Below, in pieces: positions 9,119-17,422 of a stretch of DNA of 64,000 bases. Origin of the DNA: Bdellovibrionales bacterium RIFOXYD12_FULL_39_22. GTDB lineage: Bacteria; Bdellovibrionota; Bacteriovoracia; Bacteriovoracales; Bacteriovoracaceae. The notes beneath the pieces were generated by a model, which was given only the letters and a program-made list of their open reading frames with translations, did no database searches and was not told where the DNA came from. The position numbers and the translations under genes were made by a program. The stretch's first letter is position 1. Each line of letters begins with the position of its first letter. The stretch lies in NCBI GenBank assembly GCA_001770205.1, contig MEQL01000044.1, positions 1-64,000 of the forward strand, written 5' to 3'.

Positions 9119-10162
9119 TTAAGCGTAAACTTTTTCAAATAGCTCACGTAGTTCTGGATGTCTATTGATAACTTCCAGCGCAATTTCATCATGGTTGGGA
9201 GCATAGCCATTGCCAACAATTAAAAGGGCGTCAGAACCAATTCCTTCCGCTCCCAATGCTGCTTTAGTGAAACTGGTGGCCATGGTGAAAAAGTAAACAG
9301 TGCTGTTAGCTAATTTTGCCGTCATGATGGATGACATCTCCGTATTCTCAACGGGTGCACAGTTGATAACAAGGTCGGCCATCTCACCACGGGTGACTTC
9401 TGAGACGGCCTTCATGCAGGCAACTGGATTGGTAGCATCCACTTGTAAAATCTCATCGCAATATCCCAGTGTACGGAGACGTTGACATCCTTTTTCGGAT
9501 GGCTGAATAGCAATTAGTTTTCCACTGTGTTTCAGAATATCGCGAGCAACGGCGCAGCAGATACTTCCTGATTTTCCACCGGCGCCAATGATGACAACAT
9601 TCATTCCTGGCCTAACTAATCGCAGTGCTTGTGCCGGTGCCCCGGCCACATCTAAGATTGCCAATGCAAGAGTCTCGGGATAGTTGGCGGGAATTTTTGC
9701 CAACACTCCTGATTCAAAAAAAACAGCATGTCCTTTAATTTTTACTTGATCACGCCCAGGAAAAACCTCAATGATTTTTTCGATTTTAAGTGGTGTCAAA
9801 GAGAGAGAGACCAGACTTGCAATTTTATCGCCGACTTTAAATTTGCGAGGGTTTGGGTGTTTATTGCCAATCTCTTTGATGGTTCCCAGGAGCATTCCAC
9901 CCGAACCCGTCACTGGGTTTTGTTGTTTGCCTCGTTCGGAAACAATTCCTAAAATAGTTTTTTTAATTCCCTCAATGTCTCCTTTAACAGATTCTTTAAT
10001 TTGGCGGAAGGAAGCTGCATCGATATTTAGAGTATCTACTTCTACTAGGATTTCGTTATCATAAATGGGAAGCGAATTATCAACTTTTTGTGCATTTTGC
10101 GGAAGGGCCCCGCTGGGGGAAATTACGCGGTGAGTTCCATATTTACATCCATTCGCTCTCAT
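9119..10162 (-). CDS. kdd: L-erythro-3,5-diaminohexanoate dehydrogenase
   Basis: GCKYGTHRVI, LNIDAASF, NPVTGSGGMLLG, LVSLSLTPL, LDVAGAPAQ and ATSFTKAALGAEG; GGAGG SD. Confidence 0.93.
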   Translation of the reverse strand: MRANGCKYGTHRVISPSGALPQNAQKVDNSLPIYDNEILVEVDTLNIDAASFRQIKESVKGDIEGIKKTILGIVSERGKQQNPVTGSGGMLLGTIKEIGNKHPNPRKFKVGDKIASLVSLSLTPLKIEKIIEVFPGRDQVKIKGHAVFFESGVLAKIPANYPETLALAILDVAGAPAQALRLVRPGMNVVIIGAGGKSGSICCAVARDILKHSGKLIAIQPSEKGCQRLRTLGYCDEILQVDATNPVACMKAVSEVTRGEMADLVINCAPVENTEMSSIMTAKLANSTVYFFTMATSFTKAALGAEGIGSDALLIVGNGYAPNHDEIALEVINRHPELRELFEKVYA

Positions 10163-10401
10163 GAAAATACCTCCAGTAAAAATTTGTTAACTGTGAAATA
10201 ACAGTAATAGAAAAAATTAAATTTAAAATTCGAGAAGTAAATCTATCATTTTTCGCTTCTAAAAGACAATTGATTAGCTGTGGCCGCCTTGAAGAGTTGG
10301 CAGAAAAAGTCAAATAAATAAAAAATAACTAGATTAAGGAGGTAGCGGAGGGTGATGATAACTTACTTAAAACAGGCAAGTGTCCAGGCCGTTTTATAAT
10401 T

Positions 10402-10428
10402 TAGGCTAAAGGGAAAAATATCCGACAA
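10402..10428 (+). promoter_or_regulatory. Possible sigma28 (FliA)-type promoter
   Basis: TAGG-N15-TCCGACAA upstream of the 10507 gene. Confidence 0.35.
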
Positions 10429-10506
10429 GAATGCTATAGAATGTAAAGATGGGTGCGATGCGTGGTTCTGCATAGTAACTGTGGGCGCACTCATCTAGGA
10501 GTTATT

Positions 10507-11346
10507 ATGAAAGCATCTGTCACCATTTTACTTTTTCTTTTTTTCTCTTTTACTCTTTTTTCCTGTGGTAGCGGAGTGGAGGAGGAATCGGCGGAAGTGC
10601 GTTTTTATACAGGAGATCTTGTTTCTGGGGATGTTAATGTGGTGCCACCGAACTACTACACTATGATTTTGTTTGCGGTTGATCGTCTTACGAATGAGCT
10701 GCGTTGGTCGGAATACATCTCCCTTCGAGGAATTTATCCCGCTGATGGAGGCAGTCCTCCTGATTACTTAGAGCGTAGTATGCCGGTTAATAGTTCGTGG
10801 ATTTTTTATCTTATTTTATGGCCTAATACGGATGCGGGAAATCCGTATCAACCGGTTTATAACAGTGTTCCCAGCAGTGCCTACTGTGCAGTTGCGCTGT
10901 TGGAGGTATCTTCCGAGTTAAACAGCGTAGATTTTTTATTAAGCAAGTCCACTTGTTTGAATGATGCTAAATTTAAAGAAATATTTCCAGCAAAAATTGG
11001 TTCAACAGAATTAAAGCGCGCAAAGTTCACAAAGATGGCCGGGGTAGCGTTATACTCGGCACGCTTTATTGTAGGGGTTAATGCGGGGCCTCTTGTTTCG
11101 GATATTACCGCAATATCGGATCCTTTGATCGAAAATTATCTAGAACGCTTTCCTTGTGTCAGTCTGCAATCATATCCCACGACCGAGACTACGATGATAT
11201 TGCCCCTGGATCATACTTTAGCGCCGATTCGGGTAATCGGATATGCAGGCGCAGAATGCGGTTTGCCGAGCATAGGGGAACTGAAGGCAGATCCAACGCC
11301 ATTGCAAGCAGATTTGAATTTTACCGATTTTATTATCTATAATTAG
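10507..11346 (+). CDS. Hypothetical lipoprotein
   Basis: ATG 10507 with an AGGAG SD; MKASVTILLFLFFSFTLFSC lipobox-like signal. Confidence 0.7.
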   Translation: MKASVTILLFLFFSFTLFSCGSGVEEESAEVRFYTGDLVSGDVNVVPPNYYTMILFAVDRLTNELRWSEYISLRGIYPADGGSPPDYLERSMPVNSSWIFYLILWPNTDAGNPYQPVYNSVPSSAYCAVALLEVSSELNSVDFLLSKSTCLNDAKFKEIFPAKIGSTELKRAKFTKMAGVALYSARFIVGVNAGPLVSDITAISDPLIENYLERFPCVSLQSYPTTETTMILPLDHTLAPIRVIGYAGAECGLPSIGELKADPTPLQADLNFTDFIIYN

Positions 11347-11383
11347 ATATCCGGTTTGACGACTTTATATATGGGGGCCTTAT

Positions 11384-12724
11384 ATGATAACTGAGAACAA
11401 AACAATAACACTTTCTTTTTCTTTGGTGGCGCTCTGCCTGTTTTTTTCAACTTCTTTTGCTGGCGAAGGGGTGGCAACTGCTATTATTGTCAAGGGTGAA
11501 GTGCGGGCACTGGATAAAAAGAATAACCAGATGTTTGTGGTGAAACCAAACGATGAATTAGAAATAGGTACAATGATTCAGACCAATGATAAAAGTTTTA
11601 TCAAGTTGCTTTTTTTGGATAAGTCGCAGATGAGTTTAGGGCCTAACAGCAAAATGGCGATAACTGCTTTTTCTAAAAATGATCCGGGAATTATTACACT
11701 CATTAATGGGAAATTGCGCTCTCAGGTAACCAAAAACTATATGGAGATAGAGGAAAAAGATAAAAGTAAACTGTTTGTAAAAACTCCCAACGCGGCCATG
11801 GGAGTTCGAGGTACAGATTTTCAAGTGGATTATTTTGCAGAAACAAAAAAGACCGCTCTAATCACTTTCTCTGGTGCGGTTGCAATGGCCAAGTTGGAGG
11901 AGGGAAGAGGTGCGTCTGAGCGAAACAATTATTCTCAAAAGATCTTAGATAAAATTTTGGCCAGCAAAGAGGCGGTCGTTGTTCGACGAGGAGAATTTTC
12001 AGGAGTTGCTCCGGAAAGGTCTGCGGCCACTCCTCCAATTAAAATTTCTCCCGCACAGTTGGAACTTTTAAAAAATGATCAACAAATGATCAATGGAGAA
12101 GTTGGTAAAAAAGAGAGTAAAGAAACTAGCTCTTTTCGTGCGCCGATTCCTCCTGGATTAAACCGAAAGCAATTTGAAAATGAGACAACAGCAGTTGATA
12201 AAAAGATTGCTGAGGAGCGTTTGGCCGTAGCAACTTTTGACAAAAAAAACGAGCATAGTAGTGTTGCAGTACCAATTCCTTCCTCTGGAGGATTTGTAGA
12301 TATGCGTTCAGGAGAATATATTCGCCCAGAGATTGTGAAAAATTCGCCTGATTTTTTTGCTAATGCTGCAACAAATTACATGGGCAGTAGTGGGCCTACC
12401 GCTGGTGAGCGAACTAATTTGATTGGAGATGTTCGTTTTCCCCGGCCCGCATCTGTTGGTGGAATTTATCCGGCGTTAATTCCCAACATTTATAGTACGA
12501 CCTACGAGGTTCGGCCTCCTGGGGAGATCTATTATGATCCAGTAATATACCCAATAGTGGCGACAGAGACAATATATGATAGAACCCTTTTTGAAGGTGA
12601 CACATATGATGGAATACTAGATTACCCTGTTGATGATGGAACTATCAACACTACACTTCCTCCGGCAGATGTCCCACCTCCCCTCATCGCACCTGTTCGC
12701 TTTCATTTCAAAATAGGTCAATAG
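11384..12724 (+). CDS. FecR-domain secreted protein
   Basis: Signal peptide; KGEV, IQT, LFLDKSQMSLGPNSKM and VKTPNAAMGVRGTDF motifs; low-complexity C-terminus. Confidence 0.85.
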   Translation: MITENKTITLSFSLVALCLFFSTSFAGEGVATAIIVKGEVRALDKKNNQMFVVKPNDELEIGTMIQTNDKSFIKLLFLDKSQMSLGPNSKMAITAFSKNDPGIITLINGKLRSQVTKNYMEIEEKDKSKLFVKTPNAAMGVRGTDFQVDYFAETKKTALITFSGAVAMAKLEEGRGASERNNYSQKILDKILASKEAVVVRRGEFSGVAPERSAATPPIKISPAQLELLKNDQQMINGEVGKKESKETSSFRAPIPPGLNRKQFENETTAVDKKIAEERLAVATFDKKNEHSSVAVPIPSSGGFVDMRSGEYIRPEIVKNSPDFFANAATNYMGSSGPTAGERTNLIGDVRFPRPASVGGIYPALIPNIYSTTYEVRPPGEIYYDPVIYPIVATETIYDRTLFEGDTYDGILDYPVDDGTINTTLPPADVPPPLIAPVRFHFKIGQ

Positions 12725-12777
12725 TTCGGTAAATTTTTTTTGATATTCAAAAAGACATTTTCATCTTACCATCAACT

Positions 12778-14466
12778 ATGTCTTTTTTTTTAGTGATCAT
12801 ATGGATGTGCTGGCCGATAATTGCGTCTGCGGAAGAGGCCAGTACTACTGCGACGACTGCCACTGCCTCTTCCGCAACAGATAAGACTGTTCTCGCCGTC
12901 GGTAGCGCCAAAGAGCGGTTGGAAGAAGCGCAACGACTATTTGCCAAAAAAGCATATGTTGAGGCCATCGAATTGGCGACGGAGATTGCAGACTCTTTGA
13001 GTGCAGACGGTAAAGTAGTTGCTGAAAAGTATTATCTTTTGGGCCTGGCCTATAGCAGAACCAATCAATATGATAAGGCAGCGGATGCTTTTTTGCAGGC
13101 ATTAAAATTGAAATACCAAACGGAAGAGATTGCGTATGAGTACGGACAAGTTCTCTATGCGATCAATAAACTAAATGATGCCATTGAAGAATTTAAAAAA
13201 TCAGCAGAGAGAAATTTTAAAGTCGATTCTTCGCTATATTATGTCGCGCATATTTATCAACTTTTAAATGACTATAAGAATGCCGGTTCATACTATTTAA
13301 AGCTGATTAAAAATGGCGGGAATGCTAATTTAATTGCGGTCTCTCATTTGCAGGTGGGCGAATTATATCTTCAATTGGGTGAACAAGAAAGAATTAGCAA
13401 AAAAGGAAAAAGGGTTCGATACAAAAAAGAGTTTGTCCAAAAAATTGTACAAACTAAAGTCTTGCCGGCGCTAGAGGAGGGATTGAAGATTGCCGATGAT
13501 CCTCAAGTGAAAATAGATATAACTAAGAGATATAAAGAGATTAAAAAATTTTATGATTTGGCAAACAACATTTTGGCCAGTGGCCGAGAGCTGCCGGAGA
13601 GTCGTTGGGAGTTATCGTTAGGCCAGCTAATAAAATATGACACCAATGTTACGGCCGCTTCGGAAGATAGCAATGCTACCGCCACGAAGTATTCATCAAT
13701 CATCTATGATACTTCTTTTGCTGGAAAATATCGCTTTCTTTTTGCTAAACGTTTATTAGTATATCCTGCGTTGGCCTTAACTTATACCAATCATGATAAT
13801 CGAAAAAGTAGTGTTATAGTCAACGACGGGTATACGATTAGTCCAGGAATACAAACTAAACTTGAACATTCACTTTTTTCTAAACTCTCCTATCTATATT
13901 TAAATTTAGACTATATGTATGAGGCCCGAGACATTAATGCTCAGGAGAAATATGAGGAGGATAGTCAAAATCTTAAAATTTCCCTAGAGGAAGAGATCAA
14001 TTATTTTAAACAAGGCAGCACAATCATAAAAAGTAACTACAAGTTTATCAATAAACACGATGATGGATATGATGGCCATGCGTTGGGATTGGGCCTCACA
14101 CAAATTCAAAAAATGTCCGGAGTAAATTTAATGGTGTATGCACTGGCCTATGATGCTTATAGTTATGATAATGATTACTATGACTATGCTTACTATGTCT
14201 TGCGAGTGAACTATATGCTAAATGGCCTGCCGTGGGGATTTTCTATGAAAATAGGTGGAGCTGTATCGGCGCTAGATACACTCAAACAATCATCAGTGCG
14301 TGGATTAGAATTTAATATAAATCCATACTTTTCTATTTCACACACTATTTGGAAAAAGATAAGTGCCACGCTTAGCTATGATTATATTTCTAATATATCA
14401 AAGGATGAAGAAAGCTATACCTATTCCAAGCATGTGGTCGGACTACAGCTACAAGCAAGCTTTTGA
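12778..14466 (+). CDS. TPR plus C-terminal beta-barrel outer-membrane protein (Slam/DUF560-like architecture)
   Basis: Signal peptide, TPRs (YYLLGLAYSRTNQYDKAADAF), YDTNV at the barrel start, aromatic strands and a terminal Phe. Confidence 0.7.
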   Translation: MSFFLVIIWMCWPIIASAEEASTTATTATASSATDKTVLAVGSAKERLEEAQRLFAKKAYVEAIELATEIADSLSADGKVVAEKYYLLGLAYSRTNQYDKAADAFLQALKLKYQTEEIAYEYGQVLYAINKLNDAIEEFKKSAERNFKVDSSLYYVAHIYQLLNDYKNAGSYYLKLIKNGGNANLIAVSHLQVGELYLQLGEQERISKKGKRVRYKKEFVQKIVQTKVLPALEEGLKIADDPQVKIDITKRYKEIKKFYDLANNILASGRELPESRWELSLGQLIKYDTNVTAASEDSNATATKYSSIIYDTSFAGKYRFLFAKRLLVYPALALTYTNHDNRKSSVIVNDGYTISPGIQTKLEHSLFSKLSYLYLNLDYMYEARDINAQEKYEEDSQNLKISLEEEINYFKQGSTIIKSNYKFINKHDDGYDGHALGLGLTQIQKMSGVNLMVYALAYDAYSYDNDYYDYAYYVLRVNYMLNGLPWGFSMKIGGAVSALDTLKQSSVRGLEFNINPYFSISHTIWKKISATLSYDYISNISKDEESYTYSKHVVGLQLQASF

Positions 14467-14487
14467 TTTCAAGGAGAGGATAAATTT

Positions 14488-14949
14488 ATGATTTTAGATA
14501 AAGTAAGCAATCTTCGTAATTATTCTAACATCCCGGAGTTGGATAAAATTTTGGATTTTATAAAACAAAACGATTTAAAAACGATTTCGGTAGGTAAGCA
14601 TATTATTGATGGAGATCGTCTTTATGCAATAGTGGAAGATTATTTTCCTCGGCCGCTTGAAGAGTGTAAATTTGAAGCTCATGAAATGTATGCAGATTTA
14701 CAGTTGGCGATAGAAGGATTGGAGAATTGTCGTGTTGCTTTTATGGAAGATGTGGGAGAGCGACTAGATTCTCCGCGAATCGGAGATGTAAATTTTTATC
14801 TGCTCAAGCATAATTATTTTTCCGAAGTGGTTTTAAGAAGTGGCGAGTTCGTTTTTTTTCCTCCCAATTATATTCATATGCCTGGCCTGGGAAATATCAA
14901 CTGCTTTAATAAAAAGATAAAAAAAATCGTTTTTAAAATTTTGATGTGA
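14488..14949 (+). CDS. YhcH/YjgK/YiaL (DUF386) family protein
   Basis: MILD, GKHIIDGD, FEAHEMYADLQ, FFPPNYIHMP and KKIVFKI motifs. Confidence 0.85.
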   Translation: MILDKVSNLRNYSNIPELDKILDFIKQNDLKTISVGKHIIDGDRLYAIVEDYFPRPLEECKFEAHEMYADLQLAIEGLENCRVAFMEDVGERLDSPRIGDVNFYLLKHNYFSEVVLRSGEFVFFPPNYIHMPGLGNINCFNKKIKKIVFKILM

Positions 14950-14956
14950 GTTGTAC

Positions 14957-15331
14957 TTATTTGTGGATATCGGGAATAATTGCGGCCAGATCAGAACATG
15001 CCTTGGCATCTTCACCTTGGCGAGCAAGCTCAACAAAAGATCTGATGAGGTCAATGAATTTAAGACTAAGATCAATGGCCTTCGGCTCATCACCATTTTG
15101 GATTAGATCTTCCATTTTATGTAATGCCTCTGCTAGTTTTTTTAAATCAACTGCATGGGCACTGCCTTTCATCGAATGCAAAATGCGCTTATAGTTTTTT
15201 ACATCTTCACTTTTTGCGGACTTTGATTCAAGATTCATTAATATTTTTTCGCATTCATCAAGTGAATCCTCTGCTTCGGCAAAAAACTCTTCTTTGAGCG
15301 TTTCTAAAAATTCTTGATCTTCGTTGTTCAT
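14957..15331 (-). CDS. Stand-alone Hpt (CheA P1-like) protein
   Basis: FFAEAEDSL, RILHSMKGSA and LHKMED motifs. Confidence 0.85.
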   Translation of the reverse strand: MNNEDQEFLETLKEEFFAEAEDSLDECEKILMNLESKSAKSEDVKNYKRILHSMKGSAHAVDLKKLAEALHKMEDLIQNGDEPKAIDLSLKFIDLIRSFVELARQGEDAKACSDLAAIIPDIHK

Positions 15332-16572
15332 TGTTTTGTATCCTTGCTATTGTTTGTATAAATAGGAAAGGTTAAGAAAAATTCTGTCTTGCCTGGTTCG
15401 CTTTGGCAGGAAATAGTGCCATTACACTCTTTTAGGTAGCTGCGAACCAAGCTCATTCCTAGGCCAGTGCCTTTATTGGGGGCCTTGGTTGTAAAAAAGG
15501 GATCATAGATTTTGTCCATAATCTCTTTAGGTATTCCGCGTCCACTGTCGCGAATGGTGGCCAAAATTTTTTGATTATCATCAATCAATTCCGTGGAAAT
15601 ATCTAAGGTTTTTACAGGAGAGGTTTCCATGGCATCAATAGCATTATTGATTAAATTGAGAAAAATTTGTTCGTATACAGTACGAAACCCAAATAACTTA
15701 TAGTCTCCTGAAAAAAATTGTTCAGAAACGGTAATATTATTTGAAATAACAAGGCCGCCATAAAAGTCGCGTAAATCAGAAAGGAGTTGATTTATGTCTA
15801 TGGTGGCACGTTCCGAATCAGAAATTTTTTCGTTGCGAGCAAAGGCCTTTAGGTGTTTTACAATGCTCATGATGCGGTTGACAGCATTATCTATACTGGT
15901 ATTTATCTTATCAACACGCGTCTTATCAAATTCCTCTTTATCTAAGATGGCCTTTAGTCGACTATTGTAGGATTTAATGATTGTTAGCGGATTATTAATT
16001 TCATGGGCCATGCCGGCACCCATGGTTCCCAGTGATGCCATTTTAGATGCTTGCACTAAATCGGTCTGCATTTGTTGAAGCTGCGTATGTGTTTTACTTA
16101 GTTCTGCCAATTTGTGCTCTAAAATTTGATTTTTTTCTAACAGTTCGTTAAAAAGATTTTGATTTTCTTTTTCGATAAGAGATTGATACTCATAGAGCAA
16201 AATTAAATTCTGACAACGCAATTTTAGCTCTTCCTGGCGATATGGCTTATTTAAAAACTCACTGGCCCCTAGTTGTAATGATTTAAAAAAAATATTTTCA
16301 TCCTCAATGGTAGTAAGCAAAATAAAGGGAATCTTTTTTAGTTTGTCATTGAGTTTTATGGCCTCTAGAAGCTGGATACCATCCCAGTTGGGCATCTGAT
16401 AATCGGAAATGACCAGATGATAGCGCTCACTATTTTTTTGCAATTCTTCATACGCTAAAACGCCATCTTCCTTCCAAACTACGTTGTGGCCTAACTTTTG
16501 TAAAACATATTGCAACTTTTTTGCTTGAACAGGAATATCTTCAACTATTAGGATTGAATATTTGTCTAGCAT
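15328..16572 (-). CDS. Cytoplasmic hybrid kinase (REC-HisKA-HATPase)
   Basis: ILIVED and ISDYQMP receiver; AHEINNPL, NLINNAIDA, DSGRGI and PFFTTK-GTGLG kinase boxes. Confidence 0.92.
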   Translation of the reverse strand: MLDKYSILIVEDIPVQAKKLQYVLQKLGHNVVWKEDGVLAYEELQKNSERYHLVISDYQMPNWDGIQLLEAIKLNDKLKKIPFILLTTIEDENIFFKSLQLGASEFLNKPYRQEELKLRCQNLILLYEYQSLIEKENQNLFNELLEKNQILEHKLAELSKTHTQLQQMQTDLVQASKMASLGTMGAGMAHEINNPLTIIKSYNSRLKAILDKEEFDKTRVDKINTSIDNAVNRIMSIVKHLKAFARNEKISDSERATIDINQLLSDLRDFYGGLVISNNITVSEQFFSGDYKLFGFRTVYEQIFLNLINNAIDAMETSPVKTLDISTELIDDNQKILATIRDSGRGIPKEIMDKIYDPFFTTKAPNKGTGLGMSLVRSYLKECNGTISCQSEPGKTEFFLTFPIYTNNSKDTKQ

Positions 16573-16593
16573 ATTCTACCTCGTGGACGGTTA

Positions 16594-17337
16594 CTAAAAG
16601 AAAAAGGTGGCACCATACTTAAGTCCTTTGCGGACAACAGTGTTTTTGAGGCCATCTTTGGATAAATCAGTAGTCTCCTCAAACCATTTTCCATATAAGC
16701 GGATAAATCCAGACTCTATAAAAAGTCCCGCCTCCCAGGTAGATCCTTCTACTGAAAAATTCTTGGAGGAGGTATCTTGAAAAATAAGCTTGTAACCACC
16801 ATCTACCCCCATAAAACCAATGAGGTATAGAGTAAGATTGCTATCTAGAAAATTATTTTTTGCTAAACCTAATTCTTGTTCACCACTAAACTCTTTAGAC
16901 TGCATGCCATATTTAATTGTTAGGTTGGTCCCTTGTGCCGATCTTCCCAGTAAGCGTAGTGCGAGGGCCGCATCCCAATAGGTGAATTTTTCGTCTGCTT
17001 GAAGGTAGCTTCCTTCTAATCCCAGAATGGAAAAATACATACCAAAACGTCCTCCGCTCTGGGAAAATTCCTTTTTTTGAGTTTCGCTATCTAATTTATA
17101 ATCATATTTTCCAAAAATTCCGCTGAGAAAAAATTCAAATTTAGTGGCCGAGCTATTAAGGGCAAGCCATTGATCCATTAAACGCATCTCTCGTTTGGTG
17201 GCCATCCAATCTGCTAGATTCCACCCTTTGTTTTTTTTTGCTTCCTGTTTTTTTTGAATAACTACGTAGACATCATCGGCCAGAGAAATTTGTCCAAGAA
17301 AGGTAAGTAGCGCAATAAAGGGGAGAATGTGTTTCAT
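16594..17337 (-). CDS. Hypothetical outer-membrane beta-barrel protein
   Basis: Signal peptide, alternating amphipathic strands and a terminal FFF. Confidence 0.6.
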   Translation of the reverse strand: MKHILPFIALLTFLGQISLADDVYVVIQKKQEAKKNKGWNLADWMATKREMRLMDQWLALNSSATKFEFFLSGIFGKYDYKLDSETQKKEFSQSGGRFGMYFSILGLEGSYLQADEKFTYWDAALALRLLGRSAQGTNLTIKYGMQSKEFSGEQELGLAKNNFLDSNLTLYLIGFMGVDGGYKLIFQDTSSKNFSVEGSTWEAGLFIESGFIRLYGKWFEETTDLSKDGLKNTVVRKGLKYGATFFF

Positions 17338-17422
17338 AAAATTTCCTAAGGATTTTCTGGTGTATAACTTTCAGTTTATGTTATTGTATTATATTCTCTC
17401 TTCACAAGGAAGTGTTGATTCC

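Noticed and set aside
10163..10450. Lysine or cobalamin riboswitch upstream of kdd (6393-6530 also checked)
   Set aside because: No recognisable conserved riboswitch elements by eye. An Rfam scan would be needed to exclude one.
17327..17422. N-terminal extension of glgB in the ORF track
   Set aside because: It overlaps the divergent gene's start and leaves no promoter space; downstream ATGs have SD-like sequences.
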